A stretch of DNA of 64,000 nt from Macrostomum hystrix (GCA_950097015.1 CATNEN010000008.1:2108001-2172000), one strand, 5' to 3'. Counted from the stretch's first letter, positions 47,934 through 62,227 are shown. The notes: a model not told the origin generated them from the letters alone. A program made the numbers and translations.

Positions 47934-50900
47934 CCTTGGCGTGTCCATTAGACTCAATTGGTGGCATTGGTTCAACTGAGTTTAAAGCAGATGAATCACC
48001 TTCTGACGGGACAGGCTGAGCATAGCAGGCCCAGAGCAGGCCGCGATAGATCAAAGTTAGCGACTTGCCAAAGATGGTCACTAGAAGGGTCTGGTGAAAG
48101 ACCGCCCACTGGCGATAGTGCGGCCCGCGAAATGGATCCGAGATAGCCGGACACATGATGTTGTCAAGGTTCACGAGGGTGACCTAAGGATGGGTGACAA
48201 CTTCAGCAACTTGATTCGGAACAAGGTTAATGGATTCTAGAGATCGGAACTAGGTTACTGGATTCTAGAGATCGGAACTAGGTTACTGGATTCTAGAGAT
48301 CGGAACTAGGTTACTGGATTCTAGAGATCGGAACTAGGTTACTGGATTCTAGAGATCGGAACTAGGTTACTGGATTCTAGAGATCGAAACTAGGTTACTG
48401 GATTCTAGAGATCGGAACTAGGTTACTGGATTCTAGAGATCGGAACTAGGTTACTGGATTCTAGAGATCGAAACTAGGTTACTGGATTCTAGAGATCGAA
48501 ACTACTCGTAGGTTACTGGATTCTAGAGATCGGAACTAGGTTACTGGATTCTAGAGATCGAAACTAGGTTACTGGATTCTAGAGATCGGAACTAGGTTAC
48601 TGGATTCTAGAGATCGGAACTAGGTTACTGGATTCTAGAGATCGGAACTAGGTTACTGGATTCTAGATATCGGAACTAGGTTACTGTATTCTAGAGATCG
48701 GAACAAGGTTACTGGATTCTAGATATCGGAACAAGGTTAATGGATTCTAGAGATCGGAACTAGGTTACTGGATTCTAGATATCGGAACAAGGTTACTGGA
48801 TTCTAGAGATCGGAACTAGGTTACTGGATTCTAGAGATCGGAACTAGGTTACTGTATTCTAGAGATCGGAACTAGGTTACTGGATTCTAGATATCGGAAC
48901 AAGGTTAATGGATTCTAGAGATCGGAACTAGGTTACTGGATTCTAGATATCGGAACAAGGTTACTGGATTCTAGAGATCGGAACTAGGTTACTGGATTCT
49001 AGAGATCGGAACTAGGTTACTGGATTCTAGAGATCGGAACTAGGTTACTGGATTCTAGAGATCGGAACTAGGTTACTGGATTCTAGAGATCGGAACTAGG
49101 TTACTGGATTCTAGAGATCGGAACTAGGTTACTGGATTCTAGAGATCGGAACTAGGTTACTGGATTCTAGAGATCGGAACTAGGTTACTAGGAACTAGGT
49201 AGATTTCTGTCTTAAATGGGAACAAGATTTCTGTCTAAAAGAGAACTAAATTTCTGTCTTAAATGGGAACTAGATTTCTGTCTAAATGGGGGAACTAGAT
49301 TTTTGTCTAAATGGGGGAACTAGATTTCTGTCTAAATGGGGGAACTAGATTTCTGTCTAAAAAGTGAACTAGAATTCTGTCTAAATAGGGGAGCTAGATT
49401 TCTGTCTTAATGGGGGAACTAGATTTCTGTCTAAATGGGGGAACTAGATTTCTGTCTAAATGGGGGAACTAGATTTCTGTCTAAATGGGGGAACTAGATT
49501 TCTGTCTAAAAAGTGAACTATATTTCTGTCTAAATGGGGGAACTAGATTTCTGTCTAAATGGGGGAACTAGATTTCTGTCTAAATGGGGGAACTAGATTT
49601 CTGTCTAAATGGGGGAACTAGATTCTGTCTAAATGGGGGAACTAGATTTCTGTCTAAATGGGGGAACTAGATTCTGTCTAAATGGGGGAACTAGATTTCT
49701 GTCTAAATGGGGGAACTAGATTTCTGTCTAAATGGGGGAACTAGATTTCTGTCTAAATGGGGGAACTAGATTTCTGTCTAAATGGGGGAACTAGATTTCT
49801 GTCTAAATGGGGGAGCTAGATTTCTGTCTAAATGGGGGAACTAGATTTCTGTCTAAATGGGGGAGCTAGATTTCTGTCTAAATGGGGGAACTAGATTTCT
49901 GTCTAAATGGGGGAGCTAGATTTCTGTCTAAATGGGGGAGCTAGATTTCTGTCTAAATGGGGGAGCTAGATTCTGTCTAAATGGGGGAGCTAGATTTCTG
50001 TCTAAATGGGGGAGCTAGATTTCTGTCTAAATGGGGGAGCTAGATTTCTGTCTAAATGGGGGAACTAGATTTCTGTCTAAAAAGTGAACTAGAATTCTGT
50101 CTAAATAGGGGAGCTAGATTTCTGTCTTAATGGGGGAACTAGATTTCTGTCTTAATGGGGGAACTAGATTTCTGTCTAAATGGGGGAGCTAGATTTCTGT
50201 CTAAATGGGGGAGCTAGATTTCTGTCTAAATGGGGGAGCTAGATTTCTGTCTAAATGGGGGAACTAGATTTCTGTCTAAATGGGGGAACTAGATTTCTGT
50301 CTAAATGGGGGAACTAGATTTCTGTCTAAATGGGGGAACTAGATTTCTGTCTAAATGGGGGAACTAGATTTCTGTCTAAATGGGGGAACTAGATTTCTGT
50401 CTAAATGGGGGAACTAGATTTCTGTCTAAATGGGGGAACTAGATTTCTGTCTAAATGGGGGAGCTAGATTTCTGTCTAAATGGGGGAACTAGATTTCTGT
50501 CTAAATGGGGGAACTAGATTTCTGTCTAAATGGGGGAGCTAGATTTCTGTCTAAATGGGGGAACTAGATTTCTGTCTAAATGGGGGAACTAGATTTCTGT
50601 CTAAATGGGGGAACTAGATTTCTGTCTAAATGGGGGAACTAGATTTCTGTCTAAATGGGGGAACTAGATTTCTGTCTAAATGGGGGAGCTAGAATTCTGT
50701 CTAAATGGGGGAACTAGATTTCTGTCTAAATGGGGGAACTAGATTTCTGTCTAAATGGGGGAACTAGATTTCTGTCTAAATGGGGGAACTAGATTTCTGT
50801 CTAAATGGGGGAACTAGATTTCTGTCTAAATGGGGGAACTAGATTTCTGTCTAAATGGGGGAACTAGATTTCTGTCTAAATGGGGGAGCTAGATTTCTGT

Positions 50901-53900
50901 CTAAATGGGGGAACTAGATTTCTGTCTAAATGGGGGAGCTAGATTTCTGTCTAAATGGGGGAACTAGATTTCTGTCTAAATGGGGGAGCTAGATTTCTGT
51001 CTAAATGGGGGAACTAGATTTCTGTCTAAATGGGGGAGCTAGATTTCTGTCTAAATGGGGGAACTAGATTTCTGTCTAAATGGGGGAGCTAGATTTCTGT
51101 CTAAATGGGGGAACTAGATTTCTGTCTAAATGGGGGAGCTAGATTTCTGTCTAAATGGGGGAACTAGATTTCTGTCTAAATGGGGGAGCTAGATTTCTGT
51201 CTAAATGGGGGAGCTAGATTTCTGTCTAAATGGGGGAGCTAGATTTCTGTCTAAATGGGGGAACTAGATTTCTGTCTAAAAAGTGAACTAGAATTCTGTC
51301 TAAATAGGGGAGCTAGATTTCTGTCTTAATGGGGGAACTAGATTTCTGTCTAAATGGGGGAACTAGATTTCTGTCTAAATGGGGGAACTAGATTTCTGTC
51401 TAAATGGGGGAACTAGATTTCTGTCTAAAAAGTGAACTATATTTCTGTCTAAATGGGGGAACTAGATTTCTGTCTAAATGGGGGAACTAGATTTCTGTCT
51501 AAATGGGGGAACTAGATTTCTGTCTAAATGGGGGAGCTAGATTTCTGTCTAAATGGGGGAACTAGATTTCTGTCTAAATGGGGGAACTAGATTTCTGTCT
51601 AAATGGGGGAGCTAGATTTCTGTCTAAATGGGGGAACTAGATTTTCTGTCTAAATGGGGGAGCTAGATTCTGTCTAAATGGGGGAGCTAGATTTCTGTCT
51701 AAATGGGGGAACTAGATTTCTGTCTAAATGGGGGAGCTAGATTCTGTCTAAATGGGGGAGCTAGTTTTCTGTCTAAATGGGGGAACTAGATTTCTGTCTA
51801 AATGGGGGAGCTAGATTTCTGTCTAAATGGGGAGCTAGATTTCTGTCTAAATGGGGGAACTAGATTTCTGTCTAAATGGGGGAGCTAGATTTCTGTCTAA
51901 ATGGGGGAGCTAGATTCTGTCTAAATGGGGGAACTAGATTTCTGTCTAAATGGGGGAGCTAGATTTCTGTCTAAATGGGGGAGCTAGATTTCTGTCTAAA
52001 AAGTGAACTATATTTCTGTCTAAATGGGGGTGCTAGATTTCTGTCTAAATGGGGGAGCTAGATTTCTGTCTAAATGGGGGAGCTAGATTTCTGTCTAAAT
52101 GGGGGAACTAGATTTCTGTCTAAATGGGGGAGCTAGATTTCTGTCTAAAATGGGGGAGCTAGATTTCTGTCTAAATGGGGGAGCTAGATTTCTGTCTAAA
52201 TGGGGGAGCTAGATTTCTGTCTAAAAAGTGAACTATATTTCTGTCTAAATGGGGGAGCTAGATTTCTGTCTAAATGGGGGAGCTAGATTTCTGTCTAAAA
52301 TGGGGGAGCTAGATTTCTGTCTAAATGGGGGAACTAGATTTCTGTCTAAATGGGGGAGCTAGATTTCTGTCTAAATGGGGGAACTAGATTTCTGTCTAAA
52401 TGGGGGAGCTAGATTTCTGTCTAAATGGGGGAGCTAGATTTCTGTCTAAATGGGGGAGCTAGATTTCTGTCTAAATGGGGGAACTAGATTTCTGTCTAAA
52501 TGGGGGAGCTAGATTTCTGTCTAAATGGGGGAACTAGATTTCTGTCTAAATGGGGGAACTAGATTCTGTCTAAATGGGGGAGCTAGATTTCTGTCTAAAT
52601 GGGGGAACTAGATTTCTGTCTAAATGGGGGAACTAGATTTCTGTCTAAATGGGGGAACTAGATTTCTGTCTAAATGGGGGAACTAGATTTCTGTCTAAAT
52701 GGGGGAACTAGATTTCTGTCTAAATGGGGGAGCTAGATTTCTGTCTAAATGGGGGAACTAGATTTCTGTCTAAATGGGGGAGCTAGATTTCTGTCTAAAA
52801 TGGGGGAGCTAGATTTCTGTCTAAATGGGGGAACTAGATTTCTGTCTAAATGGGGGAGCTAGATTTCTGTCTAAATGGGGGAGCTAGATTTCTGTCTAAA
52901 TGGGGGAGCTAGATTTCTGTCTAAATGGGGGAGCTAGATTTCTGTCTAAAAAGTGAACTATATTTCTGTCTAAATGGGGGAACTAGATTTCTGTCTAAAT
53001 GGGGGAGCTAGATTTCTGTCTAAATGGGGGAGCTAGATTTCTGTCTAAATGGGGGAGCTAGATTTCTGTCTAAAAAGTGAACTATATTTCTGTCTAAATG
53101 GGGGAGCTAGATTTCTGTCTAAATGGGGGAGCTAGATTTCTGTCTAAATGGGGGAGCTAGATTTCTGTCTAAATGGGGGAGCTAGATTTCTGTCTAAATG
53201 GGGGAGCTAGATTTCTGTCTAAATGGGGGAGCTAGATTTCTGTCTAAAAAGTGAACTATATTTCTGTCTAAATGGGGGTGCTAGATTTCTGTCTAAATGG
53301 GGGAGCTAGATTTCTGTCTAATGCATAAAGTCAATTTCTAACATCAATAAGAGTTTTGACTATGTTGACCTGAGAAGGGAGTCACATTTTTAGAATATTT
53401 CTACCTTGATTAGAACCACTAAATGATTAGAAACATGATTAGAGACACAATGTCACATTAGACGACCAATTAAAAATAAGAATTCGAAAAGCGAACGGAC
53501 ATCAATGAACCTGATTCAGTTATACCAAATAGGCAAGGCGAAAAAAAAGTGAATTTCAAAAGTACAGGCCACCTCAGAAGCCAATCTGACCGAATGGCGC
53601 CACACTATTATCTATTGCAGATAAAGCAACAGATAAGCACAGCTAGTAATCCTTGTGGGGTCTAAAAACATTTTGTCACTTAATTAAAACTTTAAACTCG
53701 CAAATATAAGTCGACTGACAACTGAAAAAAATTATAGAATTACTCAAAGTGTACTCACGCAAGAGATTGGCTGGAGTATAACAAAGTGATAAATACATTG
53801 AACCGCCTGCGCCAGTATCACCCACGAGAAGTCTAGCATTGGTTCGGTTGTGAAGACGCCTGACAAAGGTTTCAGCGGGTCTTTGTTTGAGTTATAAGCA

Positions 53901-56900
53901 CAAAAAATACCTGTCACGAAGTCTGCCAGTTCGTCAATCTAACAAAGCCTTTTTACTGTACCGTTTTTTATCGTAAATTGGTGTCTAGGCTTCTCTTATC
54001 AGCCCAGCCTGATTGTCCATATGTCTTTATGCAATGGGTGCCTGTCTGTAATGGGTGTCTGTCTGTAATGGGTGTCTGTAATGGGTGTCTGTCTGTAATG
54101 GGTGTCTGTAATGGGTGTCTGTCTGTAATGGGTGTCCACCTGTCTGTAATGGGTATCTGTCTGTAATGGGTGTCTGTCTGTAATGGGTGTCTGTAATGGG
54201 TGTCTGTCTGTAATGGGTGCCTGTCTGTAATGGGTGTCCATCTGTCTGTAATGGGTGTCCATCTGTCTGTAATGGGTGTCTGTCTGTAATGGGTGTCTGT
54301 CTGTAATGGGTGTCTGTCTGTAATGGGTGCCTGTCTGTAATGGGTGTCTGTCTGTAATGGGTGTCCACCTGTCTGTAATGGGTGTCCATCTGTCTGTAAT
54401 GGGTGTCTGTCTGTAATGGGTGTCCACCTGTCTGTAATGGGTGTCTGTCTGTAATGGGTGTCTGTCTGTAATGGGTGTCCATCTTTCTGTAATGGGTGTC
54501 CCCTGTCTGTAATGGGTGTCCATCTGTCTGTAATGGGTGTCTGTCTGTAATGGGTGTCTGTCTGTAATGGGTGTCCATCTTTCTGTAATGGGTGTCCATC
54601 TTTCTGTAATGGGTGTCCCCTGTCTGTAATGGGTGTCCATCTGTCTGTAATGGGTGTCTATCTGTCTGTAATGGGTGTCCATCTGTCTGTAATGGGTGTC
54701 CATCTGTCTGTAATGGGTGTCCATCTGTCTGTAATGGGTGTCCATCTGTCTGTAATGGGTGTTTATCTGTCTGTAATGGGTGTCTATCTGTCTGTAATGG
54801 GTGTCTATCTGTCTGTAATGGGTGTCCATCTGTCCTTAATGGGTGTCTGTCAGAAATGGGTGTCCATCTGTCTGTAATGGGTGTCCATCTGTCTGTAATG
54901 GGTGTCCATCTGTCTGTAATGGGTGTCCACCTGTCTGTAATGGGTGTATATCTGACTGTAATGGGTGTCCACCTGTCTGTAATGGGTGTCCACCTGTCTG
55001 TAATGGGTGTCCATCTGTCTGTAATGGGTGTCCACCTGTCTGTAATGGGTGTCCATCTGTCTGTAATGGGTGTCCACCTGTCTGTAATGGGTGTCCATCT
55101 GTCTGTAATGGGTGTCCACCTGTCTGTAATGGGTGTCCATCTGTCTGTAATGGGTGTCCACCTGTCTGTAATGGGTGTCCACCTGTCTGTAATGGGTGTC
55201 CATCTTTCTGTAATGGGTGTCCCCTGTCTGTAATGGGTGTCTATCTGTCTGTAATGGGTGTCCATCTGTCTGTAATGGGTGTCCATCTGTCTGTAATGGG
55301 TGTCCATCTGTCTGTAATGGGTGTCCATCTGTCTGTAATGGGTGTCCACCTGTCTGTAATGGGTGTATATCTGACTGTAATGGGTGTCCACCTGTCTGTA
55401 ATGGGTGTCCATCTGTCTGTAATGGGTGTCCATCTGTCTGTAATGGGTGTCCATCTGTCTGTAATGGGTGTCCACCTGTCTGTAATGGGTGTTTATCTGT
55501 CTGTAATGGGTGTCTATCTGTCTGTAATGGGTGTCTATCTGTCTGTAATGGGTGTCCATCTGTCCTTAATGGGTGTCTGTCAGAAATGGGTGTCCATCTG
55601 TCTGTAATGGGTGTCCACCTGTCTGTAATGGGTGTCCATCTGTCTGTAATGGGTGTCCATCTGTCTGTAATGGGTGTCTATCTGTCAGTAATGGGTGTCC
55701 ATCTGTCTGTAATGGGTGTCCATCTGTCCTTAATGGGTGTCTGTCAGAAATGGGTGTATATCTGTTCACAATCGCTGTCCAGTTGCACTGGATTATATAT
55801 TTCTGACTGTCAGTAATTCAGTTAGTGTGTGACTAATTGTCAAGTATTCCATTGGAGCAGTCAGTAAGCTGTTAGTTTAGACTCCTTACACACTGCGATA
55901 GTATTTGAGTACAGTACGCGCGCACTAGCCCAAACCGCAGAGCATAAAACAACACAATCGCATAGAGATTTTCCCTATCCGTTGTCGAAATTGAGTTCTG
56001 ACAAACTTGAACCTAACACACTCCCAAGTTTAAGAGTTCATGAGTACCGTGCGAAAGTGCGCGTGCGATAGAAATTTAGACTGATCGTTTTGAGAGGACA
56101 GGAACTGTAGCGCGGTTAGGGAAATTTGAGAACACAATTTCATGCACGCGAAATACTGTCAAGGGTAAAGTACACTTAAAACAGAATCTCTAGAGACTGC
56201 AGTCAGATGGCCACTGCCCCACTCACATCGAGACAATTCTAAAACGCTTTAACAAAGGCTAACAGACACGAGTATTGTAAAGATTAGAAAAAAAGATTCA
56301 TAAACTAATCGGGCTAACACAATTTGTACGGATCTATTTGCACACTAATTTCATAGATAGCTAAAACGCAGGATAGCAACAAAACATTCAGAATCTTTGC
56401 GTTTAGTTTTACACAAGATCAGCGAATAAAAAACTGTTTTCTTACCATCTCTAAATCCACGCCGGATTAGAAACAATGGCAAGGCTAGAATGAGTACATG
56501 CTGAGCATAGTAGACTAAAACTTCGCCGTGTAACTGAAAGTGAGATTTGTGCCATTCTGTTAGTTTTCAAATCTCACCATTTATTTTCACATCCCATCAC
56601 CACGATGATCCCATGACCTGCCACAATCCCATCCCCATGACCTGCCACAATCCCATACCCCATGACCTGCCACAATCCCATCCCCATGACCTGCCACAAT
56701 CCCATCCCCATGACCTGCCACAATCCCATACCCCATGACCTGCCACAATCCCATCCCCATGACCTGCTACAATCCCATCCCTATGACCTGCCACAATCCC
56801 ATACCCCATGACCTGCCACAATCCCATACCCCATGACCTGCCACAATCCCATCCCCATGACCTGCCACAATCCCATACCCCATGACCTGCAACAATCCCA

Positions 56901-59125
56901 TCCCCATGACCTGCCACAATCCCAAACCCCATGACCTGCCACAATCTCATCCCCATGACCTGCCACAATCTCATCCCCATGACCTGCCACAATCCTATCC
57001 CCATGACCTGCCACAATCCCAAACCCCATGACCTGCCACAATCCCATCCCCATGACCTGCCACAATCTATCTCATCCCCATGACCTGCCACAATCCTATC
57101 CCCATGACCTGCTACAAGCTCATCCCCATGACCTGCCACAATCCCATACCCCATGACCTGCCACAATCCTATCCCCATGACCTGCCACAATCCCATCCCC
57201 ATGACCTGCTACAATCCCATCCCCATGACCTGCCACAATCCCATCCCTATGACCTGCCACAATCCCATACCCTATGACCTGCCACAATCCTATCCCCATG
57301 ACCTGCTACAAGCTCATCCCCATGACCTGCCACAATCCCATACCCCATGACCTGCCACAATCCTATCCCCATGACCTGCCACAATCCCATCCCCATGACC
57401 TGCTACAATCCCATCCCCATGACCTGCCACAATCCCATCCCTATGACCTGCCACAATCCCATACCCTATGACCTGCCACAATCCTATCCCCATGACCTGC
57501 CACAATCCCATACCCTATGACCTGCCACAATCCCATACCCTATGACCTGCCACAATCCTATCCCCATGACCTGCTACAAGCTCATCCCCATGACCTCCCA
57601 CAATTCAATCCCCATGACTTGCCACAATCCTATCCCCATGACCTGCCACAATCCCATCCCTATGACCTGCCACAATCCCATCCCTATGACCTGCCACAAT
57701 CCCATCCCCATGACCTGCTACAATCCCATCCCTATGACCTGCCACAATCCCATACCCCATGACCTGCCACAATCCCATCCCCATGACCTGCCACGATCCC
57801 ATCGCCATGACCTGCTACAATCCCATCCCCATGACCTGCCACAAGCCCATCCACATGACCTGCTACAATCCCATCCCCATGACCTGCTACAATCCCATCC
57901 TCATGACCTGCCACAATCCCATCCCCATGACCTGCCACAATCCCATCCCCATGACCTGCTACAATCCCATCCCCATGACCTGCTACAATCCCATCCCCAT
58001 GACCTGCTACAATCCCATCCCCATGACCTGCTACAATCCCATCCCCATGACCTGCTACAATCCCATCCCCATGACCTGCTACAATCCCATCCCCATGACC
58101 TGCTACAATCCCATCCCCATGACCTGCCACAATCCTATCCCTATGACCTGCTACAATCCCATCCCCATGACCTGCTACAATCCCATCCCCATGACCTGCT
58201 ACAATCCCATCCCCATGACCTGCTACAATCCCATCCCCATGACCTGCCACAATCCTATCCCTATGACCTGCTACAATCCCATCCCCATGACCTGCTACAA
58301 TCCCATCCCCATGACCTGCTACAATCCCATCCCCATGACCTGCTACAATCCCATCCCCATGACCTGCTACAATCCCATCCCCATGACCTGCCACAATCCT
58401 ATCCCTATGACCTGCTACAATCCTATCCCCATGACCTGCCACAATCCTATCCCTATGACCTGCTACAATCCCATCCCCATGACCTGCCTCAATCCTATCC
58501 CCATTACTATCCATAACCTGCAGACAATGAATCGCCCATTCAATACAATGACTTTATTCTCGCTGGCATAATAGGAATTGTAAAAAAACTCACCAATCTA
58601 GTATTAACAACCGGCAGTAATAGGGCAAGAAGAGGCCCATTTAGCAGGTGAATCATTAGCCGAAATAAGCCCGTTGTGTAACGACACGGAGGCATGAGTA
58701 GTAGAATAATCTGTCAATCATTCGAAAATATATTACATATTTAACAATTGATATGGACTGATAGCTGGCAAGTGAAAACAGCATACCTGTATTATAGTGA
58801 TAACATGGCATGGATTTAACAGCCAAATAACAGTGTTAGTGGACAATTTGAAGCCGATCTCAATGCCAAACACTAGGGAGTGCAGAATACCGAGTACTTT
58901 CAAATCGGTTTGATTAGACTGATGCTTTTGATGCTTAGTATCCGTGGCTACTGGCGGCAATTTGATTTTCTGCCAGGCCAAGTTAAGTTGAAATGCCGCC
59001 AATGCTAGGCAGGGCAAAGTCTCAGCTAGTTTCTGTTTGAGACTCAAATACTCGTGACAATCAGCACCGCCAACTCCATCTAACTCAAAGTTGACACCAG
59101 AGTAAGTCCATCCTAGGAAACTCAT
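47926..59125 (-). CDS. TMEM164: Transmembrane protein 164 ortholog, 5 exons, about 300 aa
   Basis: Exons 59125-58787, 58710-58594, 56533-56446, 53859-53759, 48183-47926 (903 nt, phases compatible). Exons 2-4 were found by hand and are absent from the ORF track. Motifs [55 protein letters not shown] and [28 protein letters not shown]. Confidence 0.93.
48220..49195. repeat. 28-bp minisatellite in TMEM164 intron 4
   Basis: Unit GATTCTAGAGATCGGAACTAGGTTACTG. Confidence 0.97.
49196..53325. repeat. 25-bp minisatellite, about 165 copies, in TMEM164 intron 4
   Basis: Unit CTAGATTTCTGTCTAAATGGGGGAA, with a recurrent variant unit AAAAAGTGAACTA. Confidence 0.98.
54030..55765. repeat. 21-bp minisatellite (with 17- and 13-bp variants) in TMEM164 intron 3
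   Basis: Unit CTGTCTGTAATGGGTGTCCAT. Confidence 0.96.
56610..58505. repeat. 24/25-bp minisatellite in TMEM164 intron 2
   Basis: Unit CCCCATGACCTGCCACAATCCCAT. Confidence 0.96.
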
Positions 59126-62100
59126 CTTTGTTTAAGCAAACTAGTCAAATAGACTAGCCACTCTTCGACAATAAAATGGCTTTTTTAGAACCACCAATAG
59201 TGTTTTAAAGCAAAGTCCAGATTGCTGAAAAACAGTGATGTAATTTGTAATGCTATGTAGCTACATATTTAGATTTAGAATTAGAACTATTCCTAATGCT
59301 TACTGATAAGAAAGTAATGTTAACTGAAACAGCAACATCCTTAGTGTAACAAATATACTCAATGAAGCTAGTTTCACTTTTATAGAAATTTATAAATATT
59401 AGCAGCTAAAGTAATCATCAGACATACAATGTCTGTCTCATACTCATATGTAAGTAAAAAAGTAAAAATACTCCTACTAAAGAAGAATATGCATATTTCA
59501 GCTAAACAATAAAACCTCTAAATATTATCACCCTAATCATAACAAAGAATTGTAATACACAGTTTAATAAATATGCTGTACCTCAACATACATGAAACCA
59601 AGACTGACGTGGAATGGATGATGACTAGAAAATCACAATAACTTGTCAATAATTAATCTGTAATGCGGATAAATTTTTTGTCTAGTATAGGCCGAGTAAT
59701 GGGATCCTGTATCAACTATCATTCTGTCTCATACCCAATGACACTTTTCTCTATAAATAACTTTGAGAAACAAGCTAACTTACAGACTTACAAAGCTAGT
59801 TAATTTGTCAACAAACTTATGACTTGAGAATCTCAATTACTAATAATTAATTCCTTTGAAAAAAAATCTTTAAAAAATCAACAAGAATGATATAATTATA
59901 TAAAACTAGCATGATAACATGAGGTAAATAAAACAAAACTATAACAACAATGAGACAAATGATGAGATAACAACATGACAATCACAAAACAAAGATGAGA
60001 TGGCAATGTGATGACAACAAGACAAACATAATCCTGTGACTCTGTAAGCCAGTGTTGAGATCTGGACAAAACTACTATTATTAGTTTATCAGGGAACCAT
60101 GTTGTGACTTTTGTCATTAAAGAATGCAAGGAATGCAAGAATGAATGCCAAAGAGCCTCTACATGCAAATACTAACTGGCAGAGGAACCATTCCTTGATT
60201 TTGTGGTAGAGCGCACATTGAAAAGAGAGAGATAGGAGATTAGGTCGAATTAGGGATGATGTACATGGGCAATTAAATATAAGGTGGCTTGGCAACAAGA
60301 TCAAATATGTCCTCAAACAATAGATCAAAGGGTAGAGACAATAAAATTCTATTCACACTGATGCACCCTGATGACACATTTATCAATGACACACTTACCT
60401 TGATATTAGGTTTTAAAAAGTAAAAAAGTTGATATTGTAGTAAAGATGCATTTATCATTTTTAAGTCTAATTTGTACCTATGCTCTTTGTTTAAATGGGC
60501 TAAATATTTTGACAAATATGATAAATATTATACATATTCCATCAAATTCATTCATTTTAACAAACCTTTTTTGTGTATATAAACGAGTGCAATTCATGTG
60601 AGACAAATCAACGTGCCAGTGCAGCAAAAAGCAAATAAGCTATAACTGAGTAAGAAGATATTCAAGCGTTGAGTTGGTTATTTGAGGCTGTGACCCTCTG
60701 ATCCATGGAAAACAAATAGCAAAGACTGGAGAATAAGAGACCAGTGCCTTAGAAGGATAAACCACTTATGCCGAGTGATACACTACCAAGAGAAGGGAAG
60801 ATAGAGTTATAAGCCCTGTTACAATATCATAATTATATATTCCTAATTCTTTATCAACACAGTTCATACATAAAAATTTGACAATTTACCCATATCATAC
60901 CAAATTTACTCAGATAACTAAGTTATAAAGCCAAAATTTTATGAATTAGGGCCTAGAAAGGTTTTTGGTATTTTTGTCTGCCACCATCTTGTCCAGTATT
61001 AACTTGCCTTTAAAAGAAACTTCATACAAACTCACCTACAATATGAACAAATGAAACAAAGTTATTTGTTGGTGTTATAGCTTTAATAATCTCAAAAGAA
61101 AAGATCATATTGATAAAATACATATGCAATGCACAAGTTCATATTGATCAGGTGCTTAAATTATGTCTATGTCAATTTAGTCAGGAGCTACATCTAAACA
61201 AGATTTGCTCACTTTAAAGGCTTGTTCACATGGCCATGAAATCAAATGCTGAGTGCGAATTATTTATCTGCTTATGACTTTTATTTGTTAACAAAAAAGT
61301 CAACATGTCTCTTGGCAAATGAGATGGTGGCAGATGAAGATACTGGAACCCAATTATAAATAGCAATATATAAGATAATTAATAAATTATAGATCTATTT
61401 AGGAGCAAGAATATTTTGTCTTTAAAAAAATTTCTACAAAAGAACACAGCACAAAAAAAATTATAAAACAGAAAAGACCAAGCTTAGCTTATAATATAAT
61501 TTAACTGCTTTTGAAAGGAATAGCTAAATAACTTTTGATGATATCACTTGAAATTTTATAGTCCTAATACATATATCTATTTTCTAGCTAGCTATGCAGG
61601 CAGGTCAGAAAGCTGGTTAAGATAGTAACTTTTGGTAGTTTCAATCTCATGTTTGCAAAATAATGCAATGATATGCTTATGCTTAATTATTATATGTTAT
61701 ATTTAGTTAGGCCTAGTACAATATACACACTGCAATGCATTTACATGCCAGCTAACATGAATTTGCCATTTCTGCTGATTGTAGCTCTTTCCTTTTCAGT
61801 CCTGCGTGTGCAATAGATGCTGGCCAATCACTGTAATTATATCTTTTTTATTTTTGTGAAATCCTATTAACTAGAACCAGTAACACAAACCAATAAAAGT
61901 TCAAGGAACAAATGCTAAAGTGGTAGGACATTGAAACGGGTATGATGTTATTAGAATTTATAAATATATGGAAATCCAGGTCTGCAATTATATTCTTTCT
62001 GCTTTTTATAGAAACTGTATTACTACTACTTTATGAGGTGGAAATCAATTAATTCTTTGATTCAAACCAGCCAAATTTTTTAAAGAACACAGGCAGTATG

Positions 62101-62227
62101 GCTTGGAATAGTATTTGCGGCTTATTTAAATTTTTATGGTTTTCTTGATATATTCAAGATTAGTGTAATTAAAGATTAGTGTAATTAAAGCTAAACTCAA
62201 CAGGTATTTCTTGTTTGGAAGTGCTTA

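Noticed and set aside
14316-53325. CTAG or other short palindromes in many array units
   Set aside because: About 5 of more than 20 units contain CTAG, and 4-bp palindromes are expected by chance in 20-40-bp units, so this is not clearly above background.
293-58505. CRISPR-like appearance of regularly spaced repeats
   Set aside because: The units are contiguous with no unique spacers, the context is eukaryotic, and there are no cas genes.
9187-58571. Long low-complexity ORFs in the track (e.g. [36 protein letters not shown] repeats)
   Set aside because: They are translations of intronic or intergenic minisatellites whose units lack stops. They are open in several frames or on both strands, and spliced gene models skip them.
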